From Abditibacteriaceae bacterium (GTDB taxonomy: Bacteria > Armatimonadota > Abditibacteriia > Abditibacteriales > Abditibacteriaceae), in assembly GCA_965277285.1 (NCBI GenBank), contig OZ255721.1:3680001-3744000 (forward strand): a DNA stretch of 64,000 nt, in the 5' to 3' direction. How positions within the stretch are numbered: position 1 is the stretch's first letter; each line of letters starts with the position of its first letter. This document shows, piece after piece, positions 27,301 through 36,306 of the stretch. A program made the position numbers and the translations under genes. Below the pieces are notes generated by a model. The model searched no databases. It was not told the origin of the DNA and worked only from the letters and a program-made list of their open reading frames with translations.

Positions 27301-29151
27301 TTAATCGTAACGCCGATAGCGGCGATAACTCCTGCGATGCCCGTAAAAACGCGGACGATAAGCGCGATAAACGCGGCGCGGACGCGTGTAACGGCGCAAT
27401 CGAGTACTCGAACGCGCTTTATAAACAGTGCGAGGACGAACCACGCGCCGCGGCTGGGCAATAAATTTCTTCGGCAGCCCGTTCGACTTGGGCGCGATTT
27501 TATTCGTTGGAACAATCGGAGTAACTGTCGGTTTTGGTGTTGACTTTGAAATCGGCGAAGGCTTTACAATCGGCGGAACCGTAATTGGCGGGACAACTTT
27601 CGGCGTTGGGGCAACTGCTTGCGGCGTTGGAGTGACGCGTTGTGGCGTTGCTATCGGCGGAATAACTTTGGGTGTTGGCGTTGGAGTGACGCGTTGCGGC
27701 GCGACGCGTTGCGGCGTGACATTTTGCGGCGCCGTAATTGGGAAGACCGACGTTGGCGGCGCCAGGAGTTTGGCGGGTAAAACGCGTTCGTTGAAATAAA
27801 GCCGCGAACGTTCGCGCAACCATGTTCCAGCGTCGGTTGTCGGCGCGTTGAAGACGGCTGCGGCGCCCGTCAAAATCAGTTGCGAACGTTGAATGGACGC
27901 CGTGAAAACCGGAATCATGCCTTCGGCAAACACGGGATATTTTACGCCATCGCGTGCGGGATCGTTCAACACCACGCCAACGACATCGACGTTTTGCATT
28001 CTGGGGCTTTGCGCGAAAGCAATCTGCACGATGCGTGCTGCGGTTTGTGTAACGCGCTGGCGCTCTACGTTGCCCGAAGCGCGCACTTGAAAACGCACAA
28101 ACGCGAAATGCTCTTCGTTGATTTTGTCTTGATGCTCATTGCCGCGCAACGACGCGACATCAATGCTCACCAAAGAATGCGCCAGATGCGCGCTTTGAAG
28201 AGCGTTTTGCAACTGCTTCGCCTGAATCGGCAAATTACCGCCCAGCGTGACAACGCCCGAGCGCGGAACTTCTTTTACCACCGATGTAATCAGGCTTTCG
28301 CTTCCTGAACCCGAACTGGAAACGCCTTCACCTTCGCGTGGCGCATCGGAACTTGAGGCTTTGCCATTGTCGCCGTGATTCGAGTACTCGTTATCGCCGC
28401 GATGTAGCGTTCCCGACCAAAGCGCGCTGGTTCGCTCGCTCCAGAAGGCGCCCATTTTCTGGTTGAAATGCGCTGGTGAAAGGTATAATCCGAAAACCCA
28501 GAACGCGGCGACGCTCGATAGCAGTAAAAAAACGGCGAAGCGCGTTTGATGTTGAAGGCGCGCGAAAACCGTATCGAGTACGCGAAACCACGGAAAACGC
28601 CGCACGCGTCGCAAGGAAACGCCAAACATCGACAACGCCAAAAGTCCCATCGCCACGCCGCACAGCCAGCCGACCAGAACATCTTCGACGTAATTGGAGC
28701 CGCAGAAAACGCGCGCGAAACAAAATAACAATCCATAAAAAAACGACGGCCACGCCAGATTGGGCGCTACAGCCCAGATTGCGACGAACAGCGCGCCGAT
28801 CATCGCAGTTTCGGGCGAGGGAAACGAATTGTCGTTCGGCTCCACCACGAGCGCGTTTACCCAATGCGTCACGTAAGGGCGCGACGACAAAATCGGCGCG
28901 TCCAAAACTGTCAGAGAAAACCAATTGATAACAATTGGCAAAAGCGCGCAAAGAACCAAGGCGCCAATTGTGGCAACCGCGATGCGCCGGATTTTTGCGT
29001 CGTTCGCCACCAAACGCGCCGGTCGAAATACCAGCAGCGCCGCCAAAACTGTCGCCAAAATCGGAATCGCCGCGATGTAAAAACCGCGCATCGCGCCATC
29101 GAAAAGCGCGTTTTGTCCCGCCCAATCGTTGATCGTATAGAAAATTTGCAC
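27301..29151 (-). CDS. PAP2-like membrane domain fused to an unknown domain and a Pro/Arg-rich tail
   Basis: SRPYV, DNSFPSPE and ARVFCGSNYVEDVLVG match PAP2 motif positions. Confidence 0.65.
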   Translation of the reverse strand: MQIFYTINDWAGQNALFDGAMRGFYIAAIPILATVLAALLVFRPARLVANDAKIRRIAVATIGALVLCALLPIVINWFSLTVLDAPILSSRPYVTHWVNALVVEPNDNSFPSPETAMIGALFVAIWAVAPNLAWPSFFYGLLFCFARVFCGSNYVEDVLVGWLCGVAMGLLALSMFGVSLRRVRRFPWFRVLDTVFARLQHQTRFAVFLLLSSVAAFWVFGLYLSPAHFNQKMGAFWSERTSALWSGTLHRGDNEYSNHGDNGKASSSDAPREGEGVSSSGSGSESLITSVVKEVPRSGVVTLGGNLPIQAKQLQNALQSAHLAHSLVSIDVASLRGNEHQDKINEEHFAFVRFQVRASGNVERQRVTQTAARIVQIAFAQSPRMQNVDVVGVVLNDPARDGVKYPVFAEGMIPVFTASIQRSQLILTGAAAVFNAPTTDAGTWLRERSRLYFNERVLPAKLLAPPTSVFPITAPQNVTPQRVAPQRVTPTPTPKVIPPIATPQRVTPTPQAVAPTPKVVPPITVPPIVKPSPISKSTPKPTVTPIVPTNKIAPKSNGLPKKFIAQPRRVVRPRTVYKARSSTRLRRYTRPRRVYRAYRPRFYGHRRSYRRYRRYD

Positions 29152-29268
29152 CGCGCCGTCATTATATCAGGGCGAAATTGACACGGCGAAATTAGACGCG
29201 CCAATTCATCAACTTTCCAGTTGGCAATTGAGTACTCAAACGCACACGCAACGGGTAAACTGCGCGCA

Positions 29269-30033
29269 ATGTCGCCGCCGTCCCAAGAGTTTTTTGCCGC
29301 TTCTTCGCATTCTTCACCATCGCACTCTTCGCCGCACCACAAACGCACTCTTCTCATCACCGGCGCGACGGGCGCCATCGGCCGCGAAATCGTGCGCCAT
29401 TTTAGCGATTCGAGTACTCGAATTGTGGCGCACGGCTTTCGTAATGCGCAAAACGCCGAACTTTTGCAACGCGAAACGGACTGCGAATTTCGTTTTGCCG
29501 ACATCGGCGACGAAGCGCAAGTCGAAGCTTTGTTCGATGATTTGGGCAATCTTTTCGCGGTCGTGCATTGCGCCGGAATCGCGCGCGACGCGCTTTTGGT
29601 GAAACAATCGCGCGAAAGTTGGGACGAATCGCGGCGCGTCAATGCCGATGGAACGTTTTTGGTGGTGCGCCAAAGCCTGCGCAAATTGACAAACGGCGGT
29701 CGTCTTGTGGTTGTGGCGTCGCGTGTCGGTGAAATTGGCGCAATCGGCCAGAGCGCGTATGCGGCCAGTAAAGCGGCGCAAATTGCATTGGTCAAATGTG
29801 CGGCGCGCGAAGCAGCTGAACGGCGAATCTGCGTCAATGTTGTTTGTCCGGGCGTAGTTTCTTCGGCGATGACGCAAACCTTGAGCGCCGAGCGACAACG
29901 CGAACTGGCTGAGGGAAGTTTGTTCGGCGAGTTCGGTTCGGCGCGAACTGTTGCGTCAACAATTCAGTGGCTTTTGAGTGACGCGGCTGCGGAAGTTTCC
30001 GGCCAGGTCATTCATTGCGATAATCGTTTGTAA
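29269..30033 (+). CDS. SDR family oxidoreductase (FabG-like)
   Basis: ITGATGAIG, HCAGIARD, YAASKAA and VNVVCPG motifs. Confidence 0.85.
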   Translation: MSPPSQEFFAASSHSSPSHSSPHHKRTLLITGATGAIGREIVRHFSDSSTRIVAHGFRNAQNAELLQRETDCEFRFADIGDEAQVEALFDDLGNLFAVVHCAGIARDALLVKQSRESWDESRRVNADGTFLVVRQSLRKLTNGGRLVVVASRVGEIGAIGQSAYAASKAAQIALVKCAAREAAERRICVNVVCPGVVSSAMTQTLSAERQRELAEGSLFGEFGSARTVASTIQWLLSDAAAEVSGQVIHCDNRL

Positions 30034-30149
30034 GCAGCGAATAAATTCGCCGCCAGAGAAAGGTCTCGGACTAAATCCGACACGGCTCCAAAACGGTGTT
30101 GTGTCAACGAAGGTTGACACATTTCTCTGGCGGCGAATTCATTCGCTGC
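30034..30149. repeat. MITE/REP-like inverted repeat, inverted homologue of 7349-7459
   Basis: AATTCGCCGCCAGAGAAA / TTTCTCTGGCGGCGAATT; the spacer is also similar to the reverse complement of the 7349 copy. Confidence 0.8.
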
Positions 30150-30182
30150 ATTGTGTAATCCAAAAATAAACAGGTGCTCACC

Positions 30183-31295
30183 ATGAAAAACGAGCAAATA
30201 AATATAACGAAGGACATCGAGTACTCGAAAGCGAGCGATGAAACTCCGATGCCGCGCGAAGAGTTGGCGGAACTGGCCAAAGCCTACGCGCCCGATTACG
30301 TGTATTTGGAAGATTTGAAGCGCGCCGACCGCAAAAAACCGCGTCGTCGCTTGTTCAAGCACCGCGAACCTGCCGCCAAGCAACCTTTGCGCGACAAAGT
30401 TCTGCGCAGCGACGATACATGGCAAAGCGAACCCGCCAAACGAACCCTGGCGGCGCGCCTGGCGGTTCGATTGGCGCCTCTTTATGGGGCGTTCTACGAT
30501 TGGCAAATGATGCGCGGGCAAGGCGTCCGCGAAGTGCGCCAACGCTTGACGCTCGCGCATTTTCCCGCTGATGCCGCGCCGCTAAAAATCGCTTTCGTTT
30601 CCGACTTTCATTACGGCCCGACTTCGGGACGAACCGCGGCACGCCAGGCGTGGAAAATCGCACGCGATGCGCGTCCCGATGTGCTAATTTTGGGCGGCGA
30701 TTTTCTGTATGCCGACGAGCGTGGCTTGCCCGCCCTTTTGCGCGAACTGCAACGCTGGAAGCGCGATATGCCGCACGGCGGAATGTATGCGTGCCTGGGC
30801 AATCACGATTATGAAGCGGGCGCCGATACTTTGATTATGGCGCTCGAAGCGTGCGGCGTGCGCGTTCTCATCAACGAAAGCGTCGAACTTCCTGAACCGT
30901 GGAAAGGCATTTATATCGCCGGATTGGACGATCATTTTCATGGCGCCGCGCAAATGCCGCAGACTTTGGAAAGCGTTCCTGATGGCGCGTGCACGATTCT
31001 GGCGGCACATTCGCCCGATGTGTGCCAGCATTCGGAAATGCGTCGCTGCGATTTGACATTGTGCGGCCACACGCACGGCGGCCAGATTTGTTTGCCCAAC
31101 GGCGAAGCGCCACATTTGCCTTCGGAATGGAGCCAGCAATATCCCTGGGGTTTGCATCGCCACGCGGGAAACTGGCTGTTCGTCAGTCGCGGCGTGGGAA
31201 CCGTGTTCTTCCCCTTGCGCTTATTCTCGCCGCCCGACGTGGCCATCTTTGAACTGGCGCGCACTTGGAGCGGCAAAGTCGCGGTCGCACGTTGA
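30183..31295 (+). CDS. Calcineurin-like metallophosphoesterase (YkuE/YaeI type)
   Basis: SDFH, GGDF, GNHD, AHSPD, GHTHGGQI and VSRGVG motifs. Confidence 0.88.
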   Translation: MKNEQINITKDIEYSKASDETPMPREELAELAKAYAPDYVYLEDLKRADRKKPRRRLFKHREPAAKQPLRDKVLRSDDTWQSEPAKRTLAARLAVRLAPLYGAFYDWQMMRGQGVREVRQRLTLAHFPADAAPLKIAFVSDFHYGPTSGRTAARQAWKIARDARPDVLILGGDFLYADERGLPALLRELQRWKRDMPHGGMYACLGNHDYEAGADTLIMALEACGVRVLINESVELPEPWKGIYIAGLDDHFHGAAQMPQTLESVPDGACTILAAHSPDVCQHSEMRRCDLTLCGHTHGGQICLPNGEAPHLPSEWSQQYPWGLHRHAGNWLFVSRGVGTVFFPLRLFSPPDVAIFELARTWSGKVAVAR

Positions 31296-31321
31296 GCGAA
31301 GTCGCGCGTTAAACTTTCGCC

Positions 31322-32533
31322 GTGCTTTCTTCCCACTCGAGTACTCGAACGCAATCCCGTCACGACCGCCCACGCGTCGCCGTGACGGGATTTTATGCGC
31401 ATTACGAAAAAGACCGGAATCAAAGTTTTGGGCTTCGCAATCACTTTCGTTCGGCAGATGGGCCGAACTTACGTGATGCGTTTCAAAAAGACATCAGCGA
31501 GCAATTTTATATCGGTTCTCAAGGTGCTCCTGCACATTTGCTTTCGTTGGGTTCAGGATGGCAAAATGTCGTCAGCGAACTTCGGCACGCTGACTTATGG
31601 ACGGGAATGCGCTTGTGGCATGGAAAATATTTGGGTGGAAATTTATCGACTAATCCAACTCGTGTCGCGGTTGTTTTTTCCACTTCCAAAAACCGCGTTG
31701 TTTTTCGGTTCAATGGAAAACCAGATGTGTTAGGCAGTTCGTCTGATCATGTGGGCAACACAATCGCGCAGAAAATCGGTGCGCGCGGCTCACGTTTGTC
31801 GCCCGTTGCAGCTTGTGCGACGGGCGCGCACGCGATGGCAATCGGTGCGCAACTGATCGAAGATGGTTATGCTGATGTCGCGGTTTGTGGCGCGATTGAA
31901 CCTGTTTTAACACCGCTGGTTTTGGCGGCTTACGACAACATGGGCGCATTGAGCAAAAGCGGCGTGATGCGGCCATTTGATACGGCGCGCGATGGCTTTG
32001 TGCCCAACGTCGGCGCGGGTTGTCTGATTTTGGAAAACGAAGAGAAGGCGCGAGAACGTGGTGCGCCCATTTACGGTTATCTTTCCGGCTGGGCGATGAA
32101 CGCCGACGCCACGCACATGACGGCGATGTGTCCGTCCGGCGATTCGATTGCGCGCGCTATCGAGTACTCGATGCGCCGCGCCGATGTTTCCAACATCGAT
32201 TACATCAACGCGCACGGAACAGCGACCAAACTCAACGATGAAACCGAAGCGCGCGGCATCGCTTCGGCGCTGGGAAACAAAGTTCCGGTTTCGTCCACCA
32301 AACCATTGACCGGACATTTGCTGGGCGCGGCGGGCGCCGTTGAAGCGGTGATTGCTCTGCTGGCATTGCGCGAAAACTTCGCGCCGCCGACGTTGAACTT
32401 GGAAAATATCGACAGCGATTGCGATCTCGATTTGGTGACAGGGAAAGGCCGCGAAGTGGAAATGAACGCAGTGCTCAGCTTGAACTACGGTTTTGGCGGG
32501 CACATCGGCGCGCTACTGTTTACGAAGTCTTAA
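31322..32533 (+). CDS. Beta-ketoacyl synthase family (FabF-like) with a divergent N-terminus
   Basis: ACATG, RPFD.ARDGFV, INAHGTAT, KPLTGHLLGAAG and GFGG motifs; start uncertain. Confidence 0.85.
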   Translation: MLSSHSSTRTQSRHDRPRVAVTGFYAHYEKDRNQSFGLRNHFRSADGPNLRDAFQKDISEQFYIGSQGAPAHLLSLGSGWQNVVSELRHADLWTGMRLWHGKYLGGNLSTNPTRVAVVFSTSKNRVVFRFNGKPDVLGSSSDHVGNTIAQKIGARGSRLSPVAACATGAHAMAIGAQLIEDGYADVAVCGAIEPVLTPLVLAAYDNMGALSKSGVMRPFDTARDGFVPNVGAGCLILENEEKARERGAPIYGYLSGWAMNADATHMTAMCPSGDSIARAIEYSMRRADVSNIDYINAHGTATKLNDETEARGIASALGNKVPVSSTKPLTGHLLGAAGAVEAVIALLALRENFAPPTLNLENIDSDCDLDLVTGKGREVEMNAVLSLNYGFGGHIGALLFTKS

Positions 32534-32688
32534 AATCGGAGTGTAGTGAGATTTGGCTACCCTTTAGGCGGATTTCACTGGAACAACAAACTGTTAACTC
32601 AAGGCGCTTCGCGGAGTTTGCAAGCTGATTATCAGAACAACGAACTTCAAGGCTTATGAAAACTGCTTATCGCTTTTTGTCGAACCTT

Positions 32689-33036
32689 TCAAGCCATAAT
32701 CGTGCTGCCACTTAAGATGCAAGTAAAGTGTCCATCACTTTCTTGTATTCTGTACCAGCGTTTCAACCCCGAGCCACGCATTCCCATTTTGATCGTGGAA
32801 ATTACCATGTCTTCTTCGTCAACATGAAAAAAAGTTGTGCGTTCAGCATTTCTTCGACGGATTTTTGAATTTAAAACGCGGTAAGCTTCCCAATCCATTT
32901 TGACGATTTCTGCGGGAATTGCTCCGAACTTCAAAACTTCTTTTCGCGCTGCGACAACAGCGAGGAAGGGCGATTTGATGTTCAGTTCGAGCGCCAGCGA
33001 TTGGACAATCTGTATCATTTGCGTTGGATTCAACAT
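32689..33036 (-). CDS. Hypothetical protein (AT-richer)
   Basis: 115-aa ORF directly downstream of nusB on the same strand; no motif recognised. Confidence 0.45.
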   Translation of the reverse strand: MLNPTQMIQIVQSLALELNIKSPFLAVVAARKEVLKFGAIPAEIVKMDWEAYRVLNSKIRRRNAERTTFFHVDEEDMVISTIKMGMRGSGLKRWYRIQESDGHFTCILSGSTIMA

Positions 33037-33045
33037 AATTCAGAT

Positions 33046-33456
33046 CTACTCGGCTTTTGGTGCGCGCGAAAAGCTGCCCAGAATGCCGTTGATGAACTTG
33101 GCGCTGTCGGCTGTCGAATAGCGCTTGGCCAGTTCAACCGCTTCGTTGATGCTGACGCTTTGCGGAATGTCGTCGCGGTGCAAAATCTCGAACAGCGCAA
33201 GCCGCAGCAAATTGCGGTCAGCATTCGCCATGCGTTCCAGAGTCCAGCCGGACGCATATTTTTTGATGATAGGATCGAGTTGCTGGCGTTTTTCCCAAGT
33301 GCCGCGCGCCAATTCGACGGCGAAGTTCCATACGTCCTCGGTCGCATCGCTTTCCGTCCGCGCAATTTCGATGACTTCTTCGAGCGGCTGCCCGCCCACA
33401 TCACACTGAAACAACAATCGGAACGCCAATTCGCGCCCACTTCTTCTCTTGCCCAT
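33046..33456 (-). CDS. nusB: Transcription antitermination factor NusB
   Basis: RRSGRELAF, W.LERM..DRNLLRLA, INEAVELAKRY and FINGILG motifs. Confidence 0.95.
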   Translation of the reverse strand: MGKRRSGRELAFRLLFQCDVGGQPLEEVIEIARTESDATEDVWNFAVELARGTWEKRQQLDPIIKKYASGWTLERMANADRNLLRLALFEILHRDDIPQSVSINEAVELAKRYSTADSAKFINGILGSFSRAPKAE

Positions 33457-33468
33457 AATTTTGTTTTG

Positions 33469-33650
33469 AACCGCGAAGGACTCGAAGAGCGCGAAGAAAA
33501 GAAGAATCGAGTACTCGAAAGTGATACTTTGTCATTCTGAGTGCAGCGAAGAATCTGATTACAGTTAGATCCGTCGCTGCACTCAGACTAACACATTATT
33601 GCGACGATTCTTATTCTTTTCCCTTCGCGCTCTTCGCGGCCTTCGCGGTG
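33469..33650. mobile_element. Composite MITE-like element carrying TCGAGTACTCGA
   Basis: Outer arms ACCGCGAAG..GCGCGAAG / CTTCGCGC..CTTCGCGGT enclose the palindrome (33507) and an inner GTCATTCTGAGTGCAGCGAAGAATCT hairpin; inverted homologue at 54947-55115. Confidence 0.7.
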
Positions 33651-33652
33651 AA

Positions 33653-35005
33653 TTATCCGTTGTCGTTAGTCATTCGTCGTGCCAGGAAATCGGTGGCGAT
33701 TTCGCCGCGCCGGAAATATTCGTTGGCCAAAATCTTTTCGTGAAACGACAATGTTGTCGGCACGCCCTGCATACGCGTTTCGCCCAGAGCGCGCTCCATT
33801 TTCGCAATCGCTTCGTCGCGCGTCGGCGCATACACCAAAATCTTCGCCAAGAGCGAATCGTAATACGGCGGCACTTTGTAGCCGCTGCGCACATGAGAAT
33901 CGACGCGCACGCCGAAACCGCCCGGCGGATCGAAATACTCAATCGTTCCGCTCGACGGCGCGAAATTGCGCGTCGGGTCTTCCGCCGTCAAACGTACTTC
34001 AATGGCGTGACCTTTCAGCTCGACATCTTTTTGCGAAAATCCCAGCGTTTCGCCTGCCGCGATGCGCAATTGTTCCTTGATCAAATCCAGCCCGCAAACC
34101 AGTTCTGTCACGGGATGTTCGACCTGAATGCGCGTGTTCATTTCCATGAAAAAGAACTCGCCGGTTTTCGAGACCAGAAACTCAATCGTTCCCGCGTTTT
34201 GATAACCGACGGCTTTGGCGCCACGAACCGCAGCTTCGCCCAGCGCTTTTCGAGTACTCGATGGAATGAAAATGCAGGGCGATTCTTCGAGCATTTTCTG
34301 GTGACGCGCGGTTTGCACGCTGCAATCGCGTTCGCCCAAATGCACGACGTGACCGTGTTCGTCCGCCAAAATCTGCACTTCGATGTGGCGCGGCTCGATC
34401 AGATACTTTTCGAGATAAACCTCGCCGTTAGCAAATGCGGCTTCGGCTTCGGCCTTGGCGGTGGCGATTTGCGAGGACATTTCGCCTTCTTCCTTGACCA
34501 CGCGCATTCCCTTGCCGCCGCCGCCCGCGCTCGCCTTAATGATGACTGGATAACCGACTTTGCGCGCGAAATCGAGCGCCTCGCGTTCGTCTTTCAAGGC
34601 GCTGGTGCCAGGAATAATCGGTACGCGCGCTTCTTTCATTTTGTCGCGCGCACTGGCTTTGTTGCCCATCGCGTCAATCACAGCCGGACTTGGCCCGATG
34701 AATTTGATGCCGACGCGCTCGCAAATCTCGGCGAAACTGGAGTTTTCCGCCAGAAAACCGTAACCCGGATGAATCGCTTCGGCTCCGGTAATAGCAGCCG
34801 CCGACACGATGTTGGCGATGTTGAGATACGATTCTTTGGCCGGGCCAGGCCCAACGCAAACCGCTTGATCGGCGAGCTTGACATGAAGCGAATCGGCGTC
34901 CGCCTGCGAATAAACTGCGACAGTTTGGATGCCCATTTCGCGGCAAGTGCGAATGATGCGCACGGCGATTTCACCACGATTGGCAATAAGGATTTTAGAA
35001 AACAT
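33653..35005 (-). CDS. accC: Acetyl-CoA carboxylase, biotin carboxylase subunit
   Basis: KILIANRGEIA, HPGYGFLAEN, GGGGKGMR, EMNTRIQVEH and YYDSLLAK motifs. Confidence 0.96.
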   Translation of the reverse strand: MFSKILIANRGEIAVRIIRTCREMGIQTVAVYSQADADSLHVKLADQAVCVGPGPAKESYLNIANIVSAAAITGAEAIHPGYGFLAENSSFAEICERVGIKFIGPSPAVIDAMGNKASARDKMKEARVPIIPGTSALKDEREALDFARKVGYPVIIKASAGGGGKGMRVVKEEGEMSSQIATAKAEAEAAFANGEVYLEKYLIEPRHIEVQILADEHGHVVHLGERDCSVQTARHQKMLEESPCIFIPSSTRKALGEAAVRGAKAVGYQNAGTIEFLVSKTGEFFFMEMNTRIQVEHPVTELVCGLDLIKEQLRIAAGETLGFSQKDVELKGHAIEVRLTAEDPTRNFAPSSGTIEYFDPPGGFGVRVDSHVRSGYKVPPYYDSLLAKILVYAPTRDEAIAKMERALGETRMQGVPTTLSFHEKILANEYFRRGEIATDFLARRMTNDNG

Positions 35006-35034
35006 TCTGGGAATAAACGGGAAATTGAACTCTT

Positions 35035-35105
35035 GTAGGGACGCAGATTTCTGCGTCCGTTGTGTGCAAGTGTGAATCAACGGACGCAGAAATCTGCGTC
35101 CCTAC
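35035..35105. repeat. GTAG-type REP doublet
   Basis: GTAGGGACGCAGATTTCTGCGTCCGTTG / CAACGGACGCAGAAATCTGCGTCCCTAC. Confidence 0.85.
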
Positions 35106-35128
35106 GGGCGCGTAAATATTTACGGCAA

Positions 35129-35686
35129 CTAATTGACACTTGATGGATCAGGCGGCGCGTTTCCAGTACTCGATCCGACGCCGGGCACGCGGCTCAAGTC
35201 AACGCCATCGACAGTTGTTCCCGCCGAGCCTGGCGCTCCTTTCAAACCGCCGGTCGGCGAAGACACGCGTCCGGTTTGCGGGTCGTAGTTCAGAGGTTGC
35301 CTGGAAACCGAATCGACCCACATTTCGGCGGGATAACCTTTGCCATAGGAACTATTTTTCAGTTCGTCCAGCGAGGCGGGCGGTTTGCCATTGTTGTCGT
35401 TTTTATACATCTCGACGGCCTGCTGAATCTGCATGATGTTGGACGTGGTATCGACATCTTCACCTTTGTTCATGCTTTGCTTGAGCACCGAAGGCTGCGT
35501 TTCTCCGTTCGGGCCGCTGCGTTTTCCCAGATACAACATATAGAGGCCAATCAAAATCAGCACGACGACCAGCAAAGCGATCAACGTTTGTCCGCTGCGC
35601 CGTGTCGTGCGGTTCGCCGTCGTGCGACTTTGCACTACGCGACTTTGAACTTTGCGGCTTTTCGAGTACTCGAATTGCGATTTCAT
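35129..35686 (-). CDS. Pilin/pseudopilin-like protein
   Basis: Basic leader then G-QTLIALLVVVLILIGL; IQQAVEMYKNDN.GKPPASLDEL resembles GspG-like pseudopilins. Confidence 0.55.
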   Translation of the reverse strand: MKSQFEYSKSRKVQSRVVQSRTTANRTTRRSGQTLIALLVVVLILIGLYMLYLGKRSGPNGETQPSVLKQSMNKGEDVDTTSNIMQIQQAVEMYKNDNNGKPPASLDELKNSSYGKGYPAEMWVDSVSRQPLNYDPQTGRVSSPTGGLKGAPGSAGTTVDGVDLSRVPGVGSSTGNAPPDPSSVN

Positions 35687-35701
35687 GCGAGTTCCTCCGT
35701 T

Positions 35702-36190
35702 TCACTCTTCGACTTCAATCATCAACAAGGGTTGGCCATATTCGACGCCCTGACCATCTTCGGCCAAGATTTCCATCACGCTTCCTGCAGCGGGCGCCGT
35801 GACATCGGTGGGAATCTTCAATGATTCCACGGTGCCGACGACTTGACCTGAACGCACTGTATCGCCAATTTGCAGTGGCGGCGCGGCGGGACGAAATAAC
35901 CCGACGGCGCTCGCTGTCACGGCGACGAGAGGTCGCACGGTTTCTTCGACACTTTGGGCTGTGTCTTCGCTCAGGATTTCGGCAAGCGTTGTCAGCGTCG
36001 CGTTTTCTGGCGCTGAGGCAAGCGAGATTGGAGCATTAGGAATTTGAAAACTGGGAGGAGCCACTGCGCCGCGCACCACGATGCGCACGGGCGCGTCGTT
36101 TTCGCCCGCTGTTTGAAGCGCGATTTCGTGCAAACCCGTTTCGTTGAGCAAACGCGCCAGGTCGCGCACGGCTTCGGTTGAAAATTGCAT
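35702..36190 (-). CDS. accB: Biotin carboxyl carrier protein
   Basis: VRDLARLL..TGLHEI N-terminus; GQVVGTVESLKI...EILAEDGQGVEYGQPL biotinyl domain; near accC. Confidence 0.8.
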   Translation of the reverse strand: MQFSTEAVRDLARLLNETGLHEIALQTAGENDAPVRIVVRGAVAPPSFQIPNAPISLASAPENATLTTLAEILSEDTAQSVEETVRPLVAVTASAVGLFRPAAPPLQIGDTVRSGQVVGTVESLKIPTDVTAPAAGSVMEILAEDGQGVEYGQPLLMIEVEE

Positions 36191-36306
36191 GGCACGCGAG
36201 TATATCACTCCAAAACTGCGATGACTCTCCAAACTTTGTATCGAGTACTCGAAATTGCTTCCAATCCGCGTTTAATAGTCCCGTTGACGCGTTATACTGC
36301 GCCTTT

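Noticed and set aside
33599..35038. 479-aa plus-strand ORF
   Set aside because: Antisense shadow of accC.
36271..36298. Sigma70-like promoter upstream of htrA (TATACT at 36293)
   Set aside because: A plausible -10 is present, but the TTGACG lies only 3 bp upstream of it and there is no convincing -35 at the correct spacing.
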